DNA of 64,000 nt from Planctomycetota bacterium (GTDB taxonomy: Bacteria > Planctomycetota > UBA1135 > UBA2386): assembly GCA_965228735.1 (NCBI GenBank), contig OZ245838.1, positions 1,952,001-2,016,000 on the forward strand, in the 5' to 3' direction. The notes beneath the pieces were generated by a model. The model saw only the letters and a list, made by a program, of their open reading frames with translations. It was not told the origin of the DNA and ran no database searches. Made by a program: the position numbers and the translations under genes. Of the stretch, positions 47,555 through 58,345 are shown piece by piece. Position 1 is the first letter of the stretch; every line of letters begins with the position of its first letter.

Positions 47555-48820
47555 ATGCTGCATCGGCTCACGAGCTCCGACCTCCGCACCCTCGCGCGTT
47601 CACCGCTCGACCCCGCGACTCTCACGCACGCCGCGACCATCGTCGAGGACGTGCGGACGCGCGGTGCGGCCGCCGTTCGCGAACACGCCGAACGGCTCGG
47701 CGACATCGCGAGCGGGCAGTCGGTCGTCATCGAACGCCCCGAACTCGAACGGGCCAGGAACGCGATCGACGAGGCGCACCTCGCGCTGCTCGAACGCACC
47801 GCGGACCGGATCCGGCGCTTCGCCACGGCCCAGCGCGACTGCCTGCTGCCGCTGTCGACCGAGGTTCCCGGTGGCCGCGCCGGCCACCGCTTCGTGCCGA
47901 CCCGGAGCGCCGGTTGCTACGCGCCCGGCGGCCGCTACCCGCTGCCGTCCTCGGTGCTCATGACGGTCATTCCGGCAGCGGTCGCGGGCGTCGAGTCGAT
48001 CACTGTCGCGACACCACGGCCGGCCGAGGTGATGCTCGCCGCGGCCGCCGTCGCCGGGGCCGACCGCGTGCTCGCCGTCGGCGGAGCCCAGGCGATCGCC
48101 GCACTCGCGTTCGGGGCATACGGCCCGCGCGCCGACGTCATCGTCGGCCCCGGCAACCGCTGGGTCACGGCCGCCAAGAAGCACCTCGCCGGCGAGGTCG
48201 GCATCGACGGACTCGCCGGTCCGAGCGAGCTCGTCGTGCTCGCCGACGGGAGCGCCGACCCGGCCGTCGTCGCCGCGGACCTGCTCGGCCAGGCCGAGCA
48301 CGACTCGGATGCGAGCGCGATGGTCGTGTCGCCGGACCGCGCGCTGCTCGACGCGGTCGACGAGGCGCTGCACGACCAGCTGCGCGACCTCGCGACGGCG
48401 AGCACGGCCCGGGCGGCGCTCGCCGGGCAGGGCTGCGCCGTCCTCGTCGCCGATCTCGACGAGGCCGTCGACGTCGTGAACCGGATCGCCCCCGAGCACC
48501 TCGAGCTCTGCGTCGAGGATCCGCATGCGCTCGTCGAACGCCTCACGGCCTACGGCGGCCTGTTCATCGGCGAGGGTTCCGCCGAGGTGTTCGGCGACTA
48601 CGGCGCCGGGCCGAATCACGTGCTGCCGACGGGTCGCGGATCACGCTTCCAGGCCGGCTTGTCGGTCCTGACGTTCCTGCGGCCATTGACGTTCCTCGAG
48701 CTCGACGACCCGAGCGAGTTGATCGAGGACGCGGCGAACCTCGCGCGCATCGAAGGGCTCCAGGCGCACGCGCTGTCGGCCGAAGCGCGTCGGCGGACGT
48801 CGTCGGCTCGCGACCGGTGA
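47555..48820 (+). CDS. hisD: Histidinol dehydrogenase
   Basis: YAPGG, GGAQAIAALAFG, GPGN.WV..AK, AGPSE, QAEHD, APEHL, GDY.AGPNHVLPT motifs. Confidence 0.97.
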   Translation: MLHRLTSSDLRTLARSPLDPATLTHAATIVEDVRTRGAAAVREHAERLGDIASGQSVVIERPELERARNAIDEAHLALLERTADRIRRFATAQRDCLLPLSTEVPGGRAGHRFVPTRSAGCYAPGGRYPLPSSVLMTVIPAAVAGVESITVATPRPAEVMLAAAAVAGADRVLAVGGAQAIAALAFGAYGPRADVIVGPGNRWVTAAKKHLAGEVGIDGLAGPSELVVLADGSADPAVVAADLLGQAEHDSDASAMVVSPDRALLDAVDEALHDQLRDLATASTARAALAGQGCAVLVADLDEAVDVVNRIAPEHLELCVEDPHALVERLTAYGGLFIGEGSAEVFGDYGAGPNHVLPTGRGSRFQAGLSVLTFLRPLTFLELDDPSELIEDAANLARIEGLQAHALSAEARRRTSSARDR

Positions 48821-48824
48821 GGCG

Positions 48825-50420
48825 TCAGCGCCGCCAGAAGTGCGGCGTAAGGATGGCGAGCGGCGCCAGGATCTCGAGCCGGCCGAGCACCATCTGCACG
48901 GCCATCGACAGCTTGGCCCACCACCGCAGTTCGCCATAGCCAGCGTACGGCCCGAGCCCGACCTCGCTCACGAGCTCGAACGTGCCGTCCGCCTGCGGCA
49001 CGACCTCGCCGAACGCCGGGCCGATGCAACCCATCATGCTCGTGCTCGCCGCGAGCGACGACATCAGATCGATGCGCGGGTCGAGCCCGAGCACGGCGGC
49101 GCCGAGCGCCCAGGTCAGGAGCCACAGCACGAGGAAGCCCACGACCGCCGACACGACGCGGTTGGGAATGACCTCGGACCCGACCCGCAACTTCTCGACG
49201 CTGCGCGGTCGCACGAAGTGACGCAGCGTGTAGCCGCCGAGCCGGAACGAGACGATCGTGCGCAGGACCTTGAAGCCGCCCGCCGTCGAGCCGGTGCACC
49301 CGCCGATGAACATGCAGAGCAGCAGCAGATAGAGCGCGGCCTTGGGCCAGTGTTCGAAGTTGGCCGTCGCGTAGCCCGTCGAGGTCAGGATGCTGACGGT
49401 CTGGAACGCGCCGTCGCGCAGGCACCGCCAGAAGTCGTCGTAGTCGCGCACGATCCCGAGGCTCTCGTCGCGCAACGGATCGGCGAGGAACCACAGCGCG
49501 AGCGTGATCCCGGCCGTCACGAACAACGTGATGCGCAAATAGACCCGGAACTCCATCCCGTGCAGGCTGACCTCGCCGCTCTGCGAGCCCTTCTTGCCGC
49601 CCCGGGTCAACGTCCTGAGGATGAGCAGGAAGTTGCAGCCGGCGAGGAACATGAACACGATCGCCACGCACTCGACGGCAAGGTTCTGGTAGCCGCCGAC
49701 CGAGACGTTGTGATTCGAGAACCCACCCGTCGCGAGCGTCGTCATCGCGTGGCACAGCGCGTCGAAGAGCGACAGGCCAGCACCCCAGTACGACAGCAAC
49801 GCGGCGAGCGTGAGACCGACGTAGAGCTGGAAGAGTCGACGCGCCTGCAGCGACATCCGCGGCCGCAGAGTGTCGTCCGCGACTCCCACCTGCTCGGACG
49901 AGAGCAGCCTGCTGCCGGTCACCCCGACGGTCGGCAGCAGGACGATGAACACGAGCACGATCCCGATGCCGCCCATCCACTGCAACATCGACCGCCACAG
50001 CAACACGCTCGGCGCGAGCGACTCGATGTCACGGTTGGCGGTGCCGAGCACCGTCGCGCCGGTCGTCGTCAATCCGCTGATGCACTCGAAGTAGGCGTCG
50101 ACGAACGACGGAATGGAGTCCGTCAGGACGAACGGCACCGCCGCGATCGCACCCGCGAGGAACCACGCCAGCCCGACCATCGCGAGCCCTTCCTTGCGGA
50201 ACACGGACTGGTCGTCCGTTCGCCCCGCGAACCACAGCACAGCCGCGACGCTGACGCCGATCACCATCGACCAGACGAACGCCATCGTCGACGGCAGCGG
50301 CGCACCGGTGCTGTCCGGCACCGGATCCTCGAACAGGGACAGCAACGCCGGCGCGAGCATCGCGAGCGCGAAGAACAGCACGAACCCCGACAGCAGGCGG
50401 GCGACGATGCGCAGGTTCAT
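48825..50420 (-). CDS. trkH: Trk potassium uptake membrane protein
   Basis: Four pore-loop motifs (SGLTTTGAT, TLATGGFS, TSTGY, GCIGP), QWMGGIG, GSTAGG and LGRLE. Confidence 0.95.
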   Translation of the reverse strand: MNLRIVARLLSGFVLFFALAMLAPALLSLFEDPVPDSTGAPLPSTMAFVWSMVIGVSVAAVLWFAGRTDDQSVFRKEGLAMVGLAWFLAGAIAAVPFVLTDSIPSFVDAYFECISGLTTTGATVLGTANRDIESLAPSVLLWRSMLQWMGGIGIVLVFIVLLPTVGVTGSRLLSSEQVGVADDTLRPRMSLQARRLFQLYVGLTLAALLSYWGAGLSLFDALCHAMTTLATGGFSNHNVSVGGYQNLAVECVAIVFMFLAGCNFLLILRTLTRGGKKGSQSGEVSLHGMEFRVYLRITLFVTAGITLALWFLADPLRDESLGIVRDYDDFWRCLRDGAFQTVSILTSTGYATANFEHWPKAALYLLLLCMFIGGCTGSTAGGFKVLRTIVSFRLGGYTLRHFVRPRSVEKLRVGSEVIPNRVVSAVVGFLVLWLLTWALGAAVLGLDPRIDLMSSLAASTSMMGCIGPAFGEVVPQADGTFELVSEVGLGPYAGYGELRWWAKLSMAVQMVLGRLEILAPLAILTPHFWRR

Positions 50421-50791
50421 GGCGCCATCCCCGCGGTGTCGAACACGAACTCCCGCGGCGCCGAGGACTCCCGGACCGTGAGGATGCGTTGGAGCTCCGA
50501 ATCACCGACGCGCAGGAGCAGCACCGCGGGCCCGGGCGGCAACTCGATGTCGACGCCCGTTCGCCCGGTCGCGACCGTGACTCGCGAGCCGTCCTCGTGC
50601 AGCGCTCGCAGCTCACCGCCTTCTGGCAGCGCGGGTTGGAACACGATCTCGACGGTGACGTGACTGGCTGATACGGCGACCCCGCCGGGCCGCGCGCCGC
50701 TCCCATCCACGTCGCGGTCGGGCGCACCGGCACACGCCGCAACCGTCAACACGAAACCGACCACCGGCCCGATCCTGAGCGACCGCGTCAC
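50417..50791 (-). CDS. Small hypothetical lipoprotein
   Basis: Lipobox VAAC. Overlaps pgi and trkH by 4 bp on each side. Confidence 0.55.
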   Translation of the reverse strand: MTRSLRIGPVVGFVLTVAACAGAPDRDVDGSGARPGGVAVSASHVTVEIVFQPALPEGGELRALHEDGSRVTVATGRTGVDIELPPGPAVLLLRVGDSELQRILTVRESSAPREFVFDTAGMAP

Positions 50792-52374
50792 GAACGCCGG
50801 AACCTCGCCGCAGCGGGATCATGGCCCTGACTGACCTCGACATCCGCGCGGTTGCTCGCGAGATGCTGCAGGATGGGCCAGCAGTCCGCGGGATCCGCAT
50901 CGACCATGCCCGCGAGCGCGCGCACGTCCTGGCCTTCGGCGGTGAGCGCGTCCCCGAGCCGGTGCTGCAGGTCGATCACGGCGGCAGCCGCCTTCTTGCC
51001 CGCCTCGACCCCCGGCTGGTGGAACGCGTTGACGTCGACGAGCTCCGCGTAGACGGCCACCGCGCGCTCGAACAGCGCCAGGACCGCGCCGAGCGAGCGC
51101 TCGTCGAGGTAGTCGAGCCCGATGGTGACCGAGCAACGCCCGTTCTCGAACAGCGCCGCCCGCGTGCCCTGCCAGAAGCCGTCGAGGAAATCGCCGCTCG
51201 TCACCCCCGGCTCGACCTCGAACAGCTCGTCGCCGTCGCGATCCCGCAGCACCCGCACGAACAGCGCGAAGAAGTCGTGCACGCCCTCCCGCAGCTGCTG
51301 CACGAACGCGTGCTGATCCGTCGACCCCTTGTTGCCGTAGACCGTGAGCCCCTGCTCGACCTTGCGGCCCTTGCGGTCGAGCTCCTTGCCGAGCGACTCC
51401 ATGACGAGCTGCTGGAGATAGCGCGACAGCAACAACAGCCGGTCCTTGTAGGGCAGGACGACCATGGCTCGTTCGCCCGCGCCGCCGCTCTGCACGTGCC
51501 AGAACGCGGCCAGCATCGCGGCCGGGTTCTGCCGCAGTTCGTCGCCGTCGCGACGGGTGGCGTCGTCCATCGCGGCGGCACCCGCGAGGAACGCCCGGAG
51601 GTCGAGGCCGATCAGCGCGGCCGGCAGCAGTCCGACGGCCGACATGATCGAGGTGCGGCCGCCGACCCAGTCCCACATGGGGAACGTCGCGACCCAACCC
51701 TCCGACTCGGCCTTCTGCGCGAGCAGGCTGCCCGGCGTCGTCACCGCGACGGCGCGCGGGCCGAACGCGAGTCCCTGCTCCCGACACGCGCGCTCGACCT
51801 CGGCCATGGCGTTGCGCGTCTCCTTCGTGCCGCCCGACTTGCTGATGACGATGACGAGCGCGTCCTGCAGCGTGCCGAGGCGCCCGAGCGCGCGGTCCAT
51901 GCCGTCGGGATCGGTGTTGTCGAGCACCGTCAGCGTCATCGCGGCATCCGGCCGCTCGAACACGTCGGCGAGCAGCATCGGCCCGAGCGCGGAGCCGCCG
52001 ATACCGCAGAGCACCACCTTGGTGAATGCCGTGCCCTCGGGCGCCGCGAGGCCGCCGCTGTGCACCCGTTCGGCGAAGGTCTCGATCGCCGCGATCACGT
52101 CGACGATGCCCTGCTCGATCTCCGGATGCGGCGCGAGGCCCGGCGCCCGCAGCCAGAAGTGGCCGACCATGCGTTCCTCGTCGACGTTGGCGATCGCGCC
52201 GTCCTCGAGCGCGCGCATGGCCGCGAGCGCCTGCTGCAGGCCCGCCGTCCGCGCGTCGAGCTCGGCGTCCGACAGGCCGGCGTGACCGAAGTCGAGTTCG
52301 ACGAACGGATCGTCGAGGACGCACCGCCGGGACAGGTAGGCGGCGAAGCGATCGGAGTTGGCTGCTTCAGGCAT
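50788..52374 (-). CDS. pgi: Glucose-6-phosphate isomerase
   Basis: [38 protein letters not shown] and QPGVEAGK motifs. Confidence 0.97.
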   Translation of the reverse strand: MPEAANSDRFAAYLSRRCVLDDPFVELDFGHAGLSDAELDARTAGLQQALAAMRALEDGAIANVDEERMVGHFWLRAPGLAPHPEIEQGIVDVIAAIETFAERVHSGGLAAPEGTAFTKVVLCGIGGSALGPMLLADVFERPDAAMTLTVLDNTDPDGMDRALGRLGTLQDALVIVISKSGGTKETRNAMAEVERACREQGLAFGPRAVAVTTPGSLLAQKAESEGWVATFPMWDWVGGRTSIMSAVGLLPAALIGLDLRAFLAGAAAMDDATRRDGDELRQNPAAMLAAFWHVQSGGAGERAMVVLPYKDRLLLLSRYLQQLVMESLGKELDRKGRKVEQGLTVYGNKGSTDQHAFVQQLREGVHDFFALFVRVLRDRDGDELFEVEPGVTSGDFLDGFWQGTRAALFENGRCSVTIGLDYLDERSLGAVLALFERAVAVYAELVDVNAFHQPGVEAGKKAAAAVIDLQHRLGDALTAEGQDVRALAGMVDADPADCWPILQHLASNRADVEVSQGHDPAAARFRRS

Positions 52375-52409
52375 GGTTCCTCGCGAGGGCAGAATGGTAG
52401 TCTCGCGCC

Positions 52410-53858
52410 ATGACGCGTGAAACGGCGATCCTCGTCGCGATCGGGGCCTACCTGCTCGGCCTCGTGATCCTCGGCGTGATCGCGCACCGCCGGACCGACG
52501 ACTCCGCGGGCTTCTATCTCGGCGGCCGGTCGCTCGGCCCGTGGGTCGCTGCGCTCGCAGCCAACGCGAGTTCGTCGTCGGCGTGGAGCCTCGTGGGGGT
52601 CAGCGGCTTCGCCTACGTGCACGGCTTCGCGGCCGTGTGGCTGCTGCCGGGCGTGCTCGGGGGTTTCGCCGTCAACTGGCTCCTCGTGGCGCCGCGGCTG
52701 CGCGCCGACACCGGCAGCGCCGTGACCCTCACGGAGTATCTGGCGGGCCCGCCGGGCCGACCGGGCCGCGGCCTCGTCGTCGGGTTCGCCACCCTCCTGA
52801 CGCTCGCGTCGCTGCTGACCTACGTGGCCGCGCAGATGCAGGCGGCCGAGGGGGCGTTCCGCCACGCTTTCGGCACGTCGCCCACGACCGGCGTCGCCAT
52901 CGGGGCGGCGATCACCGTGCTCTACACGTTCGTCGGCGGCTATCTCGCCGTCAGCCTCACGGACACCATCCAGGGCGTCCTCATGGCCGGCGTCGCCGTG
53001 CTGCTGCCGGTGCTCGGGATCGCGCATTTCGGTGGCATCGGTGAACTCATGGCTGCGGTCGAGGCGGTCGAGACGACGGGTGTCGCGGGCGGCCAACCCG
53101 TCGCGGGCTACGCCTCGATCTTCGGCGAGCGAACCGCGATCGCCAGTGCCGGCTTCGCGCTCGCCCTGCTCGGGATCGGCCTCGGCTATCCGGGCCAGCC
53201 GCACGCGGTGAACAAGTTCATGGGCATGGCCCCGGATGCGTCGATGCGGGTGGCGCGGACGGTCGGCCTGAGCTGGGCCGTCATCCTCTACGTCGGCATG
53301 GTCCTCGTCGGCTGGACCGTCCGTGCGGCGTTCCCCGTCGCGGCCGGCGAGCACGAGAACGCGCTGTTCGTCGCCAGCTCGAGCCTGCTGCCGCCGATCG
53401 TCGACGGCCTGGTGATCGCCGCGGTCCTGGCGGCCGTGATGTCGACGGTCGACAGCCAGCTGCTCGTCTGCGCCAGCTGCGTGACGCACGACCTGCCGTT
53501 CTTCGGCGGCTCCCGCCGCGCGATGCTCGTCGCGGCGCGCGTGACGGTGCTCGCGATCGGAGTCGGCGCCCTGATCGCCGCGCTCACGATCGAGAAGGAC
53601 GTCTTCTCGAACGTGCTCTTCGCGTGGGCCGCGCTCGGGTCCGCATTCGGTCCGTTGCTACTCGTGCGCCTGGTGCTCGGCGACGTGCGACCGACCTGGG
53701 CGTTCTGCGCGATGGTCGTCGGCGGCGGCTACGCAATCGCGGCGAGCTACCTGCCGCCGATACTCGAGACGAAGGGCTTCGCCGACCGCGTGCTCTCCTG
53801 GCTCGCCGCGCTCGCGATCGCCGTCGGCGGCGCGCATCGCGCGCGACGCTCGCCGTAG
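52410..53858 (+). CDS. putP: Sodium/solute symporter, PutP-like
   Basis: FYLGGRSLGPWV.AL.A.AS..S.W, GGYLAVS.TD.IQG, LGYPGQPH and LAAVMST.DSQLL motifs. Confidence 0.8.
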   Translation: MTRETAILVAIGAYLLGLVILGVIAHRRTDDSAGFYLGGRSLGPWVAALAANASSSSAWSLVGVSGFAYVHGFAAVWLLPGVLGGFAVNWLLVAPRLRADTGSAVTLTEYLAGPPGRPGRGLVVGFATLLTLASLLTYVAAQMQAAEGAFRHAFGTSPTTGVAIGAAITVLYTFVGGYLAVSLTDTIQGVLMAGVAVLLPVLGIAHFGGIGELMAAVEAVETTGVAGGQPVAGYASIFGERTAIASAGFALALLGIGLGYPGQPHAVNKFMGMAPDASMRVARTVGLSWAVILYVGMVLVGWTVRAAFPVAAGEHENALFVASSSLLPPIVDGLVIAAVLAAVMSTVDSQLLVCASCVTHDLPFFGGSRRAMLVAARVTVLAIGVGALIAALTIEKDVFSNVLFAWAALGSAFGPLLLVRLVLGDVRPTWAFCAMVVGGGYAIAASYLPPILETKGFADRVLSWLAALAIAVGGAHRARRSP

Positions 53859-53970
53859 CGGTTCGCGGGGCGCCGCCGGGCGCGATAGGGGATTCCCCGC
53901 ATCCAGCCTCCGGCTCGGAACGCCCGATAGCACGGCGGCCAGCCATCAAGGCGCGGCTGAAGGAGGCGAA

Positions 53971-55077
53971 GTGACCGACACCCCCCACATCGTGATCGTC
54001 GTGCCGACCATCCGGCGCGACTGTATGCAGCAGTTCCTGGACGCCTGGGGGCCGGAGTTCCGGGCGCCCGAAGTCGAACTACTGATCGTCGAGGACAACC
54101 CCGAGCGCTCGTTCGAACTCGAGACGGACGCGCGCGTCACGCACTACTGCTGGCAGGACATCGAGGCCCAGCTCGGCGAGAGCGCGTGGATCGTGCCGCG
54201 CCGCACGGATTGCGTGCGCAGCTTCGGCTACTGGCAGGCCTGGCTGCGGCAACCCGACATGATCGTCACGCTCGACGATGACTGCCTGCCGCCCGAGGCC
54301 GGTCCCGAGAACTTCCTCATGCGGCACTGGCAGCGCCTGCAGGAGAACGGCGACCACGACGCGTGGACTTCGACGACGGAAGGCACGATCCCGCGCGGCG
54401 TGCCTTACCACGCGCGATCGCGCGAACAGCGCTGCGTGATCAACCACGGCCTCTGGACCAACGTCATCGACTACGACGCGGTGACGCAGCTCACGCAGGT
54501 GCGGCAACCGAGTCCGGTCGCGTTCCCCGACCAGACCATCCCGCGCGGCTCGTACTACCCGATGTGCGGCATGAACCTCGCGTGGCGGCCGGAGATCACG
54601 CCGGCGCTGTACTTCATGCTCATGGGCAAGGACCACGGCGTCGATCGCTTCGGCGACATCTGGGCCGGCCTGTTCAGCAAGCGCGTCTGCGACCACCTCG
54701 GACTCGCCGTGCACAGCGGCTCGCCGACCGTGCATCACGCGCGCGCCTCCAACGTCTGGGCCAACCTGCGCAAGGAGGCCACGGGCATGGAACGGAACGA
54801 GACGTTGTGGCGCCTCGTCGACGACACGGTGCTCACGAGCACGACCGTCGTCGGCTGCTACCGCGAGCTCGCGCAGGCGGTCCAGAACGAAGCGACGGCG
54901 AACGCCGCCCCCGACGACTACCTGCAGCAACTCGGCGCCGCGATGCAGCGCTGGTGCGAGCTGTTCGAAACCGTGCCGATCCCCACCCCCGACATCCCCG
55001 CACCCGCCGGCGAGCAGACGCGATTCCGATCCGACGCAGCGGCCAACCCCAAGACGCCACCGGTCCCCGTTCCATGA
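53971..55077 (+). CDS. Reversibly glycosylated polypeptide / UDP-arabinopyranose mutase (GT75) homolog
   Basis: PTIR, RSFGY, TLDDDC, RGVPY, HGLW.NVIDYDA.TQL, TIPRG.YYPMCGMNLA, PALYF.LMG, RFGDIWAG, CDHLGL and ASN...NLRKE match plant RGP motifs in order. Confidence 0.85.
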   Translation: MTDTPHIVIVVPTIRRDCMQQFLDAWGPEFRAPEVELLIVEDNPERSFELETDARVTHYCWQDIEAQLGESAWIVPRRTDCVRSFGYWQAWLRQPDMIVTLDDDCLPPEAGPENFLMRHWQRLQENGDHDAWTSTTEGTIPRGVPYHARSREQRCVINHGLWTNVIDYDAVTQLTQVRQPSPVAFPDQTIPRGSYYPMCGMNLAWRPEITPALYFMLMGKDHGVDRFGDIWAGLFSKRVCDHLGLAVHSGSPTVHHARASNVWANLRKEATGMERNETLWRLVDDTVLTSTTVVGCYRELAQAVQNEATANAAPDDYLQQLGAAMQRWCELFETVPIPTPDIPAPAGEQTRFRSDAAANPKTPPVPVP

Positions 55078-58000
55078 ACCGCCCACCCGTCACCGTCGTC
55101 GTTCCGGTCTTCAACCATGGCGCGACGATCGGCCCACTGCTCGACGCGCTCGATCGGACGAACTGGCCCGACCTCGACATCGTCGCGATCGACTGCGGCT
55201 CGACCGACGGCAGCCTGCAGCTGCTCCGGAACCGCACTGCTGGTGCCGGCACGAGCAACTCGAGGCCGCTGCGGTTGATCGAAGACCCCACCGCCGGTCG
55301 CGCGACGGCGCTCAACCGCGGCTTCGAGGCCGCGGGCCGACGCGACGTCGTGCGGATGCACGGCGACGTCGTGCCGGACAGCCCGGACTGGCTCGAACGC
55401 CTCCACGACGTGGCCGAACGGGAAGCCGACTGCGGCGTCGTCGGCGCGAAGATCGCGCTCGCCGGCGGCCGCATCCAGTCGTGCGGTCGTGACATCGTGA
55501 ACGGCCTCGGCATCGTGCCCGAATGGAGCGATCGCCGCTGGATGGAGGACGATCGCGACGAGGAGCCGCGGGCGGAAGAGGTCGACAGCGTCACGGGCGA
55601 GCTCTGTTTCGTTCGGCGCGCCGTCCTCGACAGCACGGGCGGCGTCGACCCCAACTACGACCCGGTCTTCGGCGACGACGACGACTTCTGCCTGCTCGCG
55701 CGCTACCACGGCTTCCGCGTGTTCGTGGAACGCGGCGCCCGCGGCGTGCACTTCGCCCCCCGCCGCACGACCATGACGGGCGGCACGGTCGAGCCCACGG
55801 GCCAGCTCGACCGACTGCTCGAGCTCAGGAACCAGCTGCAGGGTTCGTGGCTCGACTACTTCCGCCGCAAGTGGGGCTTCGATCCGAGCGGTCCGGACCT
55901 TGCGGAAGTGCGACGGCGCTACGGCCACACGCGGATCTGCTGGCGCATCGGTGACGGGCTCACCGAGGAACTTCCCGAACAGCCGGCCGTCGACGTGTGC
56001 TTCCCGACTTGGAACAGCATGAAGTTCCTGCCGCGCGCGATGGCCCACCTCGCCGCGACGAGCTGGTCCGACATGACGATCTGGATCACGGACAACGGCA
56101 GCACGGACGGCACCCTCGAGTACCTCGAGTCCCTGCAGGCAACGTTCCCGTTCAAGCTCCACGTCGAGAAGCTGCGCCAGAACGTCGGGTGCGCGCAGGC
56201 GCTCAACCTCGCGTTCGCGTCCGGCACCGCGCCGATCGTCGCGCGCCTCGACGACGACACGATGGTCGCGCCGGACTGGCTCGAAAGGCTCGTGCCGCGA
56301 TTCCACCAACGCCCGTACGCGGGCGTGATCGGGCCCAAGGTGCTGGCGGACTGCGATGATCCCGTGCTGCAGAGCGGCCCGTCGCGGCAGTGGCCGTTCG
56401 GCCTGCCGGTGGCGACCCGCGAGCACGACCGGGTCAACGGCCTCGCGCGCGTCGCGACGTTGCGCGGCTGCTGCAATCTCTACCGCCGGTCGGTGTTCGC
56501 CGAGGTCGGCATGCTCGACCCACGGTTCTCCCCGAGCCAGTTCGACGAGTGGGACCACCACATCGCGGTGGCGGTGCGCGGCTACGAAGTGCTCTACGAC
56601 GGCAGTACGACGGTGCGCCACGCGATCACCGCCGGCCGCGTCGCCACGCCCTCGGCGCTGTCCAACTTCACGGCCAACCTCCAGAAGTCGAACGGCAAAT
56701 GGGGCCAGACCCACTTCGCGCGGCTGGAGCGCGGCATCGACATCTCGATCGAGGGCCGCTTCCTGCCCGCCGACGGCGACACGAGCGCGTTGTTCGAACG
56801 GTTGCCGCCCGCTCCGACGACCGCCCCGAGGCCGACCGAACGCCCGGCCGAGGACATCGCGGAGTGGCGCGCGGTGGCCCGGCGCCGCAGCCTGCTGCGC
56901 AGCGAGTCCGGCCCCCTCGCGCCGTTCTTCGGCAACCTCGTCACGATCGGTCAGCGGAGCCTCGACCGCGATCGCCCGACCGAGGCCGCGCAGGTCGTGC
57001 GCCGGATCATGGATCTCGGCAACGGCACGGCCGCGGGCCTCGCGTTCCTCGCGCGGTTCCGCGCGTTCGACGGCGACCTGGACGCCGCCGCGCTCTCGAG
57101 TCGCTGGTGTCGCCTGCTCGACCCGACGGCGGTGATCGACATCCCGGCACCCGTCGTCCTCGTGCCCCAGCGGCCGCCGGTGCCCGCGGGCAGCCCGCGC
57201 GTGCTCGCGCTGCCGCCCGCGGATCACGACGACGATGCGGTGATGCTCGCCTTCGAGCATGCGACCGCAGCGCTGCGCGCGGCCGGCGCCGCCGTGCACA
57301 TCGAGGACTCGATGATGCCCGACGCCGCCGGCTTCGACGTCGTCCACGCGTTCGGACTGGGGCAGGCCTCGACCCTCGGCAGTCGCCTACAGTGCGCGCG
57401 CGCCACGAACCCGAGCGTTCACATCGTGCTGTCGAGCCTGTATCCCGACCCGAGCCGCGCCAACTGGACGGGCCAGGTGCTCGGCAGCTACTTCCGGTCG
57501 TCGGACGACGAGCTCCGCAACGTGTGCGCCGCGGCGGCCAAGGGCGCGCTGCAGCTCGAGGGCTCGACGACCCGGGCGTTCGAAGCAGAGCCGTTCGACG
57601 GCGTGCTCGACTACGAACGGGTCGCGCTCGCGCAGGTCGACCGCCTCATCGTTCATTCCGAGGCCGAGGCGCACTGGCTGGCCAGCCGCCACGAACAGGC
57701 CGCGAGCCCGGAGATCGTGCCGGAGGGTTCGGCCGTGCCAGCGCCGACGACCCCCGTCGACGACGCGGCGGCAACCGTCGTGCGAGCGATCCCTGCCGGG
57801 GCGGTGCTGCACGTCGGCCAGCGTGATCTGCCGGGCCATCACCTGCTGCTGGCACTCGCGCTGCAGGGCAGCGGCCTGCCGCTGGCGATGTGCGGCTCGG
57901 CAGCTCTGCCGTTCGACGATCCGCGCACTCGGGCGCGCGGCGACGCCGACCTGCAACTGCTGCCCGAAGTCACCGGCCCCGCACTGTTCGCCGCGCTCCA

Positions 58001-58325
58001 GCGCAGCGCCGTGCTCGTCTGGCTGCCGAGCGCCGCGCCTTCGTTCGTGCTGCCGCTGCTCGCAGCGCAGGCCGGCTGCGAGCTCGTGCTCGCGCAGGAC
58101 GTCGGCGCCGAGGCCGTGTTCGGGGACAGCGCGCGCTATGTCGATCCATTCGATCTCGACGGGGTCCGCGCCGCCGTGACCGACGCCTCGAAGGCGTGGC
58201 GCGCCGATACCACCGAAGGGTGGCGCGCGGCGCTCGCGGAGATCCACGGCGCCCGCGCCTATGGCGAACGGCTGCTCGCGGCCTACCGGAGCGCGGACGT
58301 GCCCCTCGCAGTGGCGGCGCCATGA
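55074..58325 (+). CDS. Multidomain glycosyltransferase (GT2 + GT2 + GT-B/GT4-like)
   Basis: VVVPVFN...DCGSTDGS and FPTWN...DNGSTDGT...RLDDD (two GT-A domains). C-terminal FDVVHAF...LLAAQAGC...YVDPFD is GT-B-like. ATG overlaps the upstream stop. Confidence 0.85.
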   Translation: MNRPPVTVVVPVFNHGATIGPLLDALDRTNWPDLDIVAIDCGSTDGSLQLLRNRTAGAGTSNSRPLRLIEDPTAGRATALNRGFEAAGRRDVVRMHGDVVPDSPDWLERLHDVAEREADCGVVGAKIALAGGRIQSCGRDIVNGLGIVPEWSDRRWMEDDRDEEPRAEEVDSVTGELCFVRRAVLDSTGGVDPNYDPVFGDDDDFCLLARYHGFRVFVERGARGVHFAPRRTTMTGGTVEPTGQLDRLLELRNQLQGSWLDYFRRKWGFDPSGPDLAEVRRRYGHTRICWRIGDGLTEELPEQPAVDVCFPTWNSMKFLPRAMAHLAATSWSDMTIWITDNGSTDGTLEYLESLQATFPFKLHVEKLRQNVGCAQALNLAFASGTAPIVARLDDDTMVAPDWLERLVPRFHQRPYAGVIGPKVLADCDDPVLQSGPSRQWPFGLPVATREHDRVNGLARVATLRGCCNLYRRSVFAEVGMLDPRFSPSQFDEWDHHIAVAVRGYEVLYDGSTTVRHAITAGRVATPSALSNFTANLQKSNGKWGQTHFARLERGIDISIEGRFLPADGDTSALFERLPPAPTTAPRPTERPAEDIAEWRAVARRRSLLRSESGPLAPFFGNLVTIGQRSLDRDRPTEAAQVVRRIMDLGNGTAAGLAFLARFRAFDGDLDAAALSSRWCRLLDPTAVIDIPAPVVLVPQRPPVPAGSPRVLALPPADHDDDAVMLAFEHATAALRAAGAAVHIEDSMMPDAAGFDVVHAFGLGQASTLGSRLQCARATNPSVHIVLSSLYPDPSRANWTGQVLGSYFRSSDDELRNVCAAAAKGALQLEGSTTRAFEAEPFDGVLDYERVALAQVDRLIVHSEAEAHWLASRHEQAASPEIVPEGSAVPAPTTPVDDAAATVVRAIPAGAVLHVGQRDLPGHHLLLALALQGSGLPLAMCGSAALPFDDPRTRARGDADLQLLPEVTGPALFAALQRSAVLVWLPSAAPSFVLPLLAAQAGCELVLAQDVGAEAVFGDSARYVDPFDLDGVRAAVTDASKAWRADTTEGWRAALAEIHGARAYGERLLAAYRSADVPLAVAAP

Positions 58326-58345
58326 GGTAGCGTTCTCATGGACCC

